A DNA stretch of 64,000 nucleotides, from positions 2,405,561-2,469,560 of the forward strand of contig MU006089.1 of NCBI GenBank assembly GCA_010093705.1. Reading direction: 5' to 3'. The position numbers and the translations under genes are program-made. Positions within the stretch are counted from its first letter, which is position 1. Every line of letters starts with the position of its first letter. Source of the DNA: Patellaria atrata CBS 101060 (lineage: Eukaryota). The notes beneath the pieces were generated by a model, which saw only the letters and a program-made list of their open reading frames with translations, searched no databases and was not told the origin of the DNA. Shown here piece after piece: positions 49,290 to 60,127 of this stretch.

Positions 49290-49700
49290 CCGATAACGTA
49301 CTCGTAAAGATTATTAGCGGGAACTATAACGAATAGCTAACTTCCTTTATACCCCGATAGACCCAACTGAGCTACTTACCTAAGACGCTATAGTTAATGC
49401 GACAATGGTAACGCCCGCGGGAACTACGGTGTAAAAGTTTAAACGGTATACCTTAAGGTTGAACTACCTTAAGAGGGAGATATCGTAGTTAGTATAATAG
49501 CTTTAACTCTCTTTTATACTTATCTTCCATTTGAGGAAAATCCCGTGACTTCTTATCTTCTGAGTAGGAGGGCCCGAGAGTTACCCCCCGGGGGGGGGGG
49601 GGGGGGGCGGGAGCAGGGACTCTCGAGGGTGATACTTCTATATAGGGCCCCTTATAGTTTAAGGGTTACTATTATCTATATTGGCGTTGGGGAAGGCTTT
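49290..49700. mobile_element. RIP-like repeat relic containing a C6-G18 homopolymer
   Basis: TpA-rich, CpA/TpG-poor sequence with no coding signal. CCCCCC at 49584-49589 is followed by 18 G at 49590-49607. Confidence 0.35.
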
Positions 49701-49978
49701 GTAGGGGGTCTGGACTGGTTGCTTGTAGATAGTAGAGGCCTTGGCACCTTCTCTTGTAAAACGGTAGAAACAACTACTACCCAGAAACTTCAATTTAACA
49801 TCTTGATTTGAATCTAAGGGATAGTATATCAGTAGCAGGATATGCGCCACACCCCCATTTTCTCGAGATATCCGACCTTCCTCTTAACACTATCCTGGAA
49901 TTTAAACCCTTTTGAAGAGATCTCTGAGCTTGATATACCCTTGTTCACTATCTCATCACGCAAATTTTGATTCCAAAC

Positions 49979-51316
49979 CTACCGATCAACAGTAATCAAC
50001 CACCCATCTCCCAGCACCTGTCCACTCTCATTCCCTCCGACGCCTCCCCAAACCACAGCAGTGGCCCCATCCACTTCCGTCCCCTTCGCGCTTGCAAACC
50101 CACTTCGTCCCTCAAATACCTCTACCTGCCCTTGTTTCGCCTTCACCGCATCCCCCTCAGCATTGACATACAGGTACTGCACCTCAGCCCAAGTTTCCAT
50201 CTTCGTATCCCGACCAATCGCTTCGCGCGTCTTGTCTTTAGTAAGAGCGGCCGAGCGACCGGAGGACGGGAGCTGATAGCTCCACACATCTGCAAGGGGG
50301 CCGGAGGAACCAGTTCCAGATATGAGAAGGAGGTACTCTCTGCCCTGACCTGTGGTCACGGGAACCAAGCTGGCGCCAGACCGAGGAGAAGGGCCGGCAG
50401 AGGGGTCGAAGGACACGGTTTGCCAGGGCCAGCCCGGAGTGTCGGGGGTAGGGGGAAGGGAGATGTTTGAGGTCCTGATGACGCCGCTAATATCGAGGGA
50501 AAAGATGCTGGGCCCCAAATACGAGTTTCCGTCATGGCCACCGAAGAGGTAGAGGTGAGAGCCTGCGATGACGGCACTGGAGTCTGTGGAGGGAGATGGC
50601 GTGATGGGGAGGGCGGACCAGGAACGCGTGCGTATGTCGAAGCCCCATGTGTCGTTGTAGATTGTGCCGTCGGTGCCTTTGCCCCCAATTATGAAGAGGG
50701 TGCCTGAGGTGTCGGCGCGCGGAGGTTCGGGGACGGCCTTGGCGGGATCGAGAGGTTGTTGGGGGAACCTCTCGTGGTATGTCTTACCTTCTGCTCTGGG
50801 TTCGTCGGAGGCTGCTATGGTGTGAGAGGAGCGTGAAGAGGGGTAGGGTTGGCCGCCGACGGGTTGGAGGTAGGACCAGGAGTTCGAGATGGTGTGGTAG
50901 ACCCAGACTCTGCCCTCCTCGTTCAGTGGGCCTGAGGTGTCTTCGCCGCCGAAGAGGTAGATCTCGTCTCCTACTACGGCTGTGGTGTGGTTCTTACGTG
51001 CAGCAGGGACATCTTTACCTGAAGAAGATCGGGCGGGAATGCTTTGGTAGTCGGCGTCTAGGACGCCAGACGAGGGTAGGATAACAATCTGCATGTCATT
51101 GTTGGCGAGCGTACCGGCCTTCGTCTCTCCTCCGAAAATGTAGGCGCGTCCCTTGATTATGGAGATGCTATGGTAGGACCTAGGAACGGGAGCGGACGTG
51201 ATATGAGTGAAGGTGGCATTGATGGGTTGGGTAGGATGGATTATGCCTTTGACGAAGGCTGCGGCACCCCCTACCAAGTTTTCAGCCGCGGATAGTGCTC
51301 CTGCGATATCTGCCAT
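49979..51316 (-). CDS. Kelch-repeat beta-propeller protein
   Basis: Repeated R-x-x-H...(Y/L)-x-F-GG...W motifs (AYIFGGE, IYLFGGE, LFIIGGK, LYLFGGH, VVWGG). ATG at 51316. Confidence 0.88.
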   Translation of the reverse strand: MADIAGALSAAENLVGGAAAFVKGIIHPTQPINATFTHITSAPVPRSYHSISIIKGRAYIFGGETKAGTLANNDMQIVILPSSGVLDADYQSIPARSSSGKDVPAARKNHTTAVVGDEIYLFGGEDTSGPLNEEGRVWVYHTISNSWSYLQPVGGQPYPSSRSSHTIAASDEPRAEGKTYHERFPQQPLDPAKAVPEPPRADTSGTLFIIGGKGTDGTIYNDTWGFDIRTRSWSALPITPSPSTDSSAVIAGSHLYLFGGHDGNSYLGPSIFSLDISGVIRTSNISLPPTPDTPGWPWQTVSFDPSAGPSPRSGASLVPVTTGQGREYLLLISGTGSSGPLADVWSYQLPSSGRSAALTKDKTREAIGRDTKMETWAEVQYLYVNAEGDAVKAKQGQVEVFEGRSGFASAKGTEVDGATAVVWGGVGGNESGQVLGDGWLITVDR

Positions 51317-51960
51317 TGTCACTTGAGTTGTAAAGGATGAATTGTGTTGTAGAAGTAGAAACTGTCGTTGGGGAGAGGTGTGTTTGTAGTGGAATGTAGA
51401 GTACTTTGTACCTGAGCTGAGCTGAACTCAAAGAGATAGCTTTCCATTAAACCCCACCAAAACCCTGATGACGCAAGCGTACTTCTGGTGTCTTACCTAC
51501 CAATACAGCAACTCAAGTATTCTAAATTGGGACTACGGATGCCCACTATAGCGCTTTTCGAAGTAGAACCATATATGATTTAGATATTCGTACAGTACTG
51601 TATTGTACGTTGAAGGGTTTCGTATAGTGTGGGCCATTAGGGCCTGTGCAGTGAGGATACCCAGAGACTGTTTTCAAAACTGACGATACCCTCGTACAGT
51701 AACATGAATACGTCCAGAGACCGTGTTCAACTCGAACCTAGAATAACTTGAAAGGCCATACTGACATGTATCCAAGGGATCCTTCATATTGGTGGAAGAT
51801 ACCGATTACAATATTCCTTCCTCAGCTGAGCCTGCAGATCGGGGAATATGTCCAGCCTCACTATGTGGCTGAGCATCCATCACACCCGTACCTTACATCC
51901 CTTTTAACATGCTGTTACCTCATTCAACTCCCGGTGTGCGATCTATCCCGTCGTTAATCG

Positions 51961-52999
51961 ATGGCGGATCCCCTCAGTATAGCTAGCGGTATAGTGGCCC
52001 TAATTACTGCTGCTTACTGTTCATGCAACGCTACTTACGACCTCTACGACGGCATTCGTAGTGCTCCCAAGGACATTAGGGCTCTATCGGACGAACTGAG
52101 GTCCTTTTATGTCGTCCTCGGAACACTCAAAAGCTTGGTGGATGACAAGGACACTATCAGGGGAGTTCTGCATCCATCTGGTGTAGAGGACCTACACACA
52201 GCCATAGCTAGCTGTATTGGGGTTATCTGTCGTTTAAGATGCATTGCAACCAAATATTTCGTCTCCGAAAGCAAGATGGATCTTAAAGGAAGGTGGAAGG
52301 GTCTCCAGTGGACGGTCACTCGTAAAGAAGTCGTGCGTTTGAGGGAACAGCTGTCAGGGTGTAAGATTACTTTGTCAATCGCAATCGCCTCTGCCAATCT
52401 GTAAGCTTGTCTATTCCATGTCCTACCAGAAGTTCTTATCGGTATTTAGGATCAACACCACAAACGCAGCCGTATCGACACGCCGGATCGAAGAGGATGT
52501 CCGTCTTCTCAGGACCGGCCTTGTAGCGTTGTTAACGCAACTCACCGCTGAACCAAATGGACTTGGATGTAATTGTACTGAGCTTTCCAAGAAAGGTCTA
52601 ACTTCAGAGTCGAATTCGAACGTCGGAACGGTATCATGTACGACGGAAAGTACAGAGTCTACCTACAAGACAGCTCAGTCTCAGTTACCGAGAAATCCAA
52701 TGGATAAACCACGGCCAGCGGAGTCAATCTGGAGCGATTCAAGCACGCTTATGCCTTCCAGCTCGTCGATTGATACGAGCGATTCTGCCACAATCATGAT
52801 GATAGGAGACCAAAGTCCCAAATGCTTGGAAGATATTTCGGATAGTCTCGTTCAGAACCTTCCTATCCCTACACAGCCTGCCATCTCTTCATGTATAATT
52901 TCAGCAGACAATTCGAAGCAAAAGAGACGTCTCGTCCGTGGTTATTCTAGATTTGTAAAGAAGGTCTCCTGGGACTCGGGACGGAATACACAACCGTAG
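51961..52999 (+). CDS. Protein with a fungal STAND N-terminal (HeLo-like/SesA-like) domain and an S/T-rich tail; intron 52401-52449
   Basis: MADPLSIASGIVAL...IRSAPKDIRALSDEL...L...WKGLQW...KEVVRLREQL...KITLSIAI is the typical pattern of this domain. The intron joins exon 2 in frame, and no P-loop is present. Confidence 0.75.
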
Positions 53000-53603
53000 A
53001 TAGTCGGTTGACACCTGGGCAACAGCTAATAGCATAAACTGAAACATCCCATCTCTTTATCAATTTAGTGTAAAATATATCCTGTCATAGTCGCTGTATA
53101 AATGTCAAAATCTAGAAGGACTATGGATACTCCTGTCGCGGGACGTTTGCCCCAATGCGGGCAATCGGATACCGCCACCATGAGGAGAGAAGTGCTCGGA
53201 CGGCAATTGACTATCCGCACTTGTATTTCATTGCGTCAACGAAAATCTGATGGCCATGTTGGGAGCAAAGTGAAGGGATTGATTTAGCGGTGGGCAGCGG
53301 AAAGTCGAGTAGCCGATAGAGTTGAAATCGAACGGTCTCTAAAGTCTCAACGGTCCAATCAGAAATCGAATTATCGCCGGAGTGTGCCAAGACCAGACGT
53401 GAGTGGTGTGACGAGCAAACCATGTTTTTTTCCCAGGTCCAAGCTTCAATTTACTTCTCAACATTCCCTTTTAACCCCATTGTCAACTCTTCTCTTTTTC
53501 TCCACGCCCCTCGCCCCCCTTTTGTACACTCGCTATATCTTTCTTCGTAATTGAACAAAGGTATTCTTCCTCTGGTTGACGCCGAGGTTTGACATCTGCC
53601 ATC

Positions 53604-54653
53604 ATGTGCGTATAACCACGGCACAGTGCCTAAAACTCCTCAAATAGTGGCCAGGAGCTAATCAGGAGTACCTACAGGTCAAACTCAACCTACCTCCACT
53701 CTGCGCCCGTGGTCTCTGATACGTACTGGGGCCAGTTCGACGAGATCTCCAAATACAATGTCTCTCTGAACTACTTCGAGCGCCTGTGGCTCACTTGGTA
53801 CACGTTCATGCAGAACGATGTGCTCGCCACCGGTATCATGTCCTTTGTCATGCATGAGGTTGTCTACTTCGGGAGATCGCTTCCTTGGATCATAATAGAC
53901 TGCATACCATACTTCAGGAAATATAAGATTCAACATGTAAGTTCTCGGCGACTTCTTGGAAGAGTGTAATCCGCAGTACTGACAACTCCACAGGCGAAGA
54001 TCCCCACCGCAAAAGAACAATGGCAATGCGCCCTTCTCGTTCTCCTAAGCCACTTTACTGTTGAGCTCCCCCAAATCTGGCTCTTCCACCCTATGGCCCA
54101 ATACTTCGGCCTCTCCACCACCGTCCCCTTTCCTCCTCTCCATAAGATCATTTACCAAATCTGCATCTTCTTCGTCCTGGAGGACACCTGGCACTACTGG
54201 ACACACCGCGCCATGCACTGCGGTTTCCTCTACAAGAACATCCACAAGATCCACCACCAGTACTCTGCACCCTTCGGCCTGGCCGCCGAGTACGCCTCCC
54301 CGCTCGAGGTCATGATGCTTGGTCTTGGCACCGTCGGTTCGCCCATCCTCTGGTGCGCTATCACCGGCGACCTGCACATTTTGACCATGTATCTCTGGAT
54401 TGTCTGCCGTCTGTTCCAGGCCATCGACGCCCACTCTGGGTACGAGTTCCCCTGGAGCTTGCACCACGTGTTGCCGTTTTGGGCAGGCGCGGAACATCAT
54501 GACGAACATCATGAGCGCTTCATCGGCAATTATGCGAGCAGCTTTAGGTGGTGGGATTACTTCTTAGATACTGAAGCTGGTCCTGAAGCTTCTAAGAGGA
54601 GAAGAGAAAGAGCGTTGGCCAAGAAGGCGAAGGAGGCAAAGAAAGCGCAGTAG
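53604..54653 (+). CDS. ERG25: C-4 methylsterol oxidase Erg25; introns 53606-53677 (splits the ATG), 53937-53993
   Basis: His boxes HYWTH, HKIHH and HHDEHH, plus [34 protein letters not shown] and a C-terminal KKAQ ER-retrieval signal. Confidence 0.96.
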
Positions 54654-57600
54654 AAGCCTGTTTGGTTGGGAAGTAGTTGCATTGAATGGCGTTTTAGCGG
54701 GCTTCTCGAATTCATCCTTTTAAGATCTTCCTCTTTCTCATGAACGAAGAGCCTAAGACTTCTGTGCAGCGCATCTCACATCCTGATTTTGCATTCCGCA
54801 CGATAGGAGCGTTGAACGTTGTAAATAATTAGATGAGTGATTTTTTCTTACAGCATTGGCACGTCAACATGCCTCTTCAGACACGGTGGATGGGTTTGGT
54901 GTATTCATGAATCGACTTGGGGATTTAATGAAGGAGAATTAACACATCTCAATAAATAATCCTAGTACTCTTTCTACTCTATTCTATTTTTTATTTTTTT
55001 TGTATATGGAACCCAAGTGTCGAGAAGGTATGTTTCTCATGGCCCCTTGAATAACCTCCCTCCTGCGTAATTTTGCACCCGCTTGTATTTGTACATACAC
55101 TTGCTGTATCGTACATATAACCTTCCAATCCTCGGTTCAAACCTGTTGTGAAGTTCACCTACCTTGATATGTACAGGAGAATCGGGCATATTATGTCGAG
55201 CGAGGTAAGCATACAGTTGACCATGTAAACCATGCTAGACGAAGAGACGATCATTGTACTGTAACATTGCGGTACTTCAGCGATGCATATCCTACAACGT
55301 AATAAGTAGTTTAGAACGCATTTATATTCTTTCTGCGACCGAGTTGCGTGTATGCGTACTAAGTTTTTTTTAGTTTTTAGTTTTTTTTTCGCAACAAGAG
55401 ATGAACTCCCGATGCGCGAAAATAGATAGATTGATGGATTATATGTTGGAAGGGAGATACTCTGTATACATACCCCTACCTTCCGTTGTGCTCTTTGAGA
55501 CGACTTAGTGGCTTAACGGCTGAGATGTGCTATTCTAATGGGTATTGTATAACGATCAAACCGTGAGGTCTCGGTATCATTTACCAGGAGAAACAGTCAT
55601 CGGTTCTTTGATAGTGTTCCAGTTGCGCACTCAGCGCTTTAGCTCGTGAGGAAGATACCTCGGTGGAACTCGACCTGTGGTATTTCCCTTTGACGCATTC
55701 TTATGGTTTTACTTACGGTGATTGTGCCGGCGAGAAGAACGGTGTGATACTATCCTCTGATGTCGCGTGAGTAATCAGGTAGATGTCGATATCGATTGCT
55801 CTACTATAGCCTTAATATCAGATTTCCTCGACGAGTGTACGGTTCTGAAGTTCGAGTACAATATCTATGACCGCCATGACCATTATGACCGGAATATTCT
55901 TCCGTGACGACACATGAACATCTCGAGCACCAAATAACACATCGACTCTACAACTGTCCTCTCAATCCACTCATCTATGGTTGGTTCCGAACTCGGTACG
56001 GTTTGAGGTTGAGTCGGTAAGAGCTGCTTCGGCGATACACATCCCTTACGTTATCCCAAGTGATCATAAGATGCCCACTGTATCCAAGAGCAAACGAACC
56101 ATACTCCTAACTGCATAGTCATAATTGCACAGTCAACTCACGTTGAATTGATCAATGAGAGTCCTGAGGATTGAGGTGCACGGAGCCTTGGCACATCGGT
56201 GTGTCCGTAACGGCCGACACGGACAACCGATAACGGAGCTGTCTGTGTGGTAAGGTATGCTAACTTGTACGGATTCTCTTTATTTCGCGGACGATAGGTA
56301 ATGAGGGCATGTACTTTTTGAACGTCATTGTACAGTGCTTGTGGTCTTGGATTCCTATTGGCGTCGAACTCCAGGTTAGCGCAGATAAAATATATCTATT
56401 GTAAAAGAAAAAATTCATCAAGTGACCGTAGTGTAAGAGACCATGAAGAGATGACTGTGGACCTTGTTATTGGACGGTGAGAGTATCTAGACTTCGATAA
56501 TTGAACAAATTCCATTCCTACTACTCCAGGACATGGATGCTATAACTCTTGAGCGACGACAATAGATAGAAGACAAAGAAACAAGTATCACTCAATTTTC
56601 GACAAGCATGAAGTTGGAATATATACCACCTGCTAAGTCGTGAAGATGTGAAACCTCGATCCCTAGCAACTCATTTCTTATCAAGATTGAAACAGTTAGG
56701 ACTACAGGGATGCGAAGTCCAACCTTTTCTCCATAATGGGCAATGAATGATAGTGTTTTAAGTCTATATCCGCTCTTTGAGGATGATATAAGTATCGTAT
56801 CGATTGAAGAATAGGTGGAGCCATTGTGAGTGTTACTATCAACCGTGAAGACAATAAATCATCTGTAGCATCCTTGAAAAATCTATAATGTGAACCTCGC
56901 ATCAGGTATTTGCTGCTTAATGTTGTATTTGCAATAATGGAGAGGGAATCCAAGCAGTTTCCGGGGAAATATCACTATTGCATATCTGGGAGTTAGTACT
57001 GAGTATTATCCGGATGCCGCGGAACATCTGGTGGGGGTTCTGCTCTCTAAGCAAAACATAATCCGCAGTGGTCCTCATATTGTTCTTTTAACTTGGAATT
57101 CAAACCTATCTTCTCCTTTATTGAATTATACAAAACTGAGTACATCAACCTCCACGGCCGTACTGTACAATAGAGCGGACGAGAAGTTCGAATCAGTGAG
57201 GTCTGCGTCAAGTGGTCCCATCATTGGTGTATGTAGGTTCATGTACATCATCGTATTCACTTCGACGTTGCGTACACGTAGTTATTTTGATAATCTGTGC
57301 GTAATAGGCAGGACGGAGAATGAGGTTGTATCTCAAAGGAGAATAAGCCGAATATGCATGGTCATAATTCGAAACATGTGCCGAATTGCCCGTTATAGTG
57401 ACTGTATAGTAATGATAGCCCGGTGGTTGGACCACAATTGCGTTGGTCGCAGTCTGTACAATACAGACTGACAGATAAGTGCCTCGTACTGTACATACGT
57501 TATACGGAGATAAGGTCCTTGACGCCGGAAATGGTGGTACAAAACAGTAGAGCTGCTGTACACCTTGCAGATCGTAGCCGAGCATTACCCCATAAGAAAC

Positions 57601-59126
57601 CTGCTCTTGATGGAAGTCGAATACTTGAAGGTTGCCAAATCTATATTATGACCGATGTGCTCATTCTTGCTAATATGGCCCAGGAGTAGAGAACAGCGAG
57701 AAATAATGGAAGGAGAAAAATATATATAGAGATGACAAAGACAACAGGAAACTTTAGACCCGTTCGGTATCGTCCATGACGCGTAACAGGGCGTTGTAAT
57801 AGTCAGGACAGTTCTTGATCCTATCATTTCTCCAACGGTTACTTTCAAAAGTTTTCACAGCGCAAGGCAACTGTGCCACCAATGGGAAGACATGGTCAAA
57901 GTCCCAAATTGAATAACGCTGGGTAGATTGGCTGGCTAGGTACGTTCTGTTCTGCAGTGACCAGTAACTGCTGAGCTGATCCCGACTGACCGATGTACCG
58001 TCACTGCATACAACAACAAACGGGAACTCGTAAGTCGTAACACGGCGTCGCGAGTGATTAATCATAATCCGGGTCACGCTGGATAAAACATTTCGGATTT
58101 GTCAGCGAGGAACCTGATGCACCATCTAGACAGTAAATGGTTAGCTAAACAACGTCCGGAGTACGTACATCTTAATAGCATCAATGTTAGTCATCCCGAG
58201 TGAAAATGCGCGGACGACGGTGAATACCATGTGCGTGATACTCCTGGCGCATATCGCCGTGGGATACTTAGAACACAGCTGGTGGCGGGTTGAGGTACCC
58301 AATCGGCAGCGGACATTCCTCTGACTCTCTTCTTTGACTTGTTCACAGATTTAGAGTCAATATCAGATATCCTTAAGGCCTGAACAAGTCTGTTTACCTT
58401 AGTCAGAGCTGACGGGGCAAAAGCTGACGGATAGCTAGATGGAAAATTGCTCCGGCGGTATATTCCTCTCGTTAGTCTCGTACGCACTGAACAGTATAAC
58501 AATTCTGTAGTTCTAGCCGAGGAGTCAGGCGTGGAGGAAAGGAAAAGAGGGAACGTGGGAAGGGGGTTTAATCTTTTTTGGTCCATAGTCCTTGGTCCTT
58601 GATTGTGGCGGGCAAAGCGGATGCGAGTCAACTCTCTCAAGGGATCACGTCGGCATTCAAAACTCCTCGCTCCCCCCCAAAAAGCACCAACCTCTTTCTA
58701 AAACCTGAGTCATCCGCTGAATCATCCAACATCCCCATCTCCAAATCAACCCCTCGAGCAATTGAGAGTTCTCAAGGTCAGTCGTATCTCACAACGGAAT
58801 TCCACTGTGATCGGTGATAACCCGTCAACCCTTTTTCCGAATCGTCTTCTTTGAGTAATCAGTCGACGTCTGCATTGGACCATTGGACCGCGCCTCGCAT
58901 CGTATTCCGTAGATATAGCTAATATGTCTCGGCGTCATAGTACCTTTATCATCGTCGTATCTCCATCTCGTCCTTCGGTCTCTCGAATATTGAAGCCCGA
59001 TTGAGCGCGTCCATCAGAGAAGCTAAGACGAGAACATCTTTCGGAATTGAATCGACTCTACTGTCTCGGTTGCGTACCGCCATCACCGCGGATTTGTTCG
59101 GGAAAGCCTACGACATCATTTAATTG

Positions 59127-60127
59127 ATGTTGTCCCATCAGGCTCCTCCCCCGTACCAACTCCCCCGAATTATGCACCAGGCTCCCCGAGTAAGCTTCAG
59201 ATCCTTAGTTGGAGCTGACAAAAGCATGTTGCGCTGACAATATCATCTCAAGTCTGAACAGAACATCGAAATGAGTTTAGTAATCCCTTGATCCTTCCGG
59301 CTCTGGAAGTATACCGCGGCGCGACTAACATATCATGCTTATCATCGCAGGTTTAAGAGAACACCTGCTTGCCGCTCAAGCGCCTCAACAGCCCGCACCC
59401 CTTCCTCATGAGTTGCGCCCACATTCTAGCAGTCCTCATCACGGACACAATATCGATCCCGCGATATCTGGCTCTGGTTATCCGATGAGTGCAGGTGAGA
59501 GTCCAGGCGAAGACCACATGGGTGAGAATAGGAAGGGTAGGAGGGAGTTATCTACTTCAAAGCGTGCCGCTCAGAATCGCGCTGCCCAGGTATGAACAGG
59601 GAGTGAAATCCGGAAGGATTAACCCTATTGGACTATTATATCCAACGATTACTCATCTTCAGAACTAACGTACCCCTCTCTAGCGAGCATTCCGCCAGCG
59701 CAAAGAGGAATACATCAAGAGTTTGAAGGATCAAGTGAAAGGCTACGAGGCTTTGTCCGAGCATAATAAAGCTCTAGAGAACGAAAATTCGATGCTACGT
59801 GACTATATCATCAACCTTCAATCCCGTCTCATCGAATCGCAAGGCGAGTATCCCCAGCCACCCGCCAACATCGATCTCTCGCAGAATCGCCCAACGAGAA
59901 TCCAACAAAATGCTCCCACCGCTTCCATGTCGAACAATGCAATTTCAGAGCTTCAGCAAGCTGCCGCGCAAGCGTCACATGATGGCAATAAGCACAGTCA
60001 TGAGGAATCTGCTTATATGCAATCTTCGTCTGAGTATCCGCCGAACAAGCGGCACAAGAGTGAGGAAGCCCAGCTCGCCGCGCAACTGGGTGCAGCAGGT
60101 AATTTTCCACCGATACCTCAAAATTGA
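59127..60127 (+). CDS. kapC: bZIP transcription factor, KapC-like; introns 59190-59252, 59275-59350, 59590-59683
   Basis: NIDPAISG, ELSTSKRAAQNRAAQ|RAFRQRKEEYIK and LRDYIINLQSRLIESQGE..P.NIDLSQ match the Aspergillus KapC family as I recall it. The two 5' exons are less certain. Confidence 0.8.

Noticed and set aside
56700..58820. Cluster of 80-150-aa ORFs upstream of kapC
   Set aside because: No recognisable domains, mutually overlapping on both strands, and no consistent splice model.
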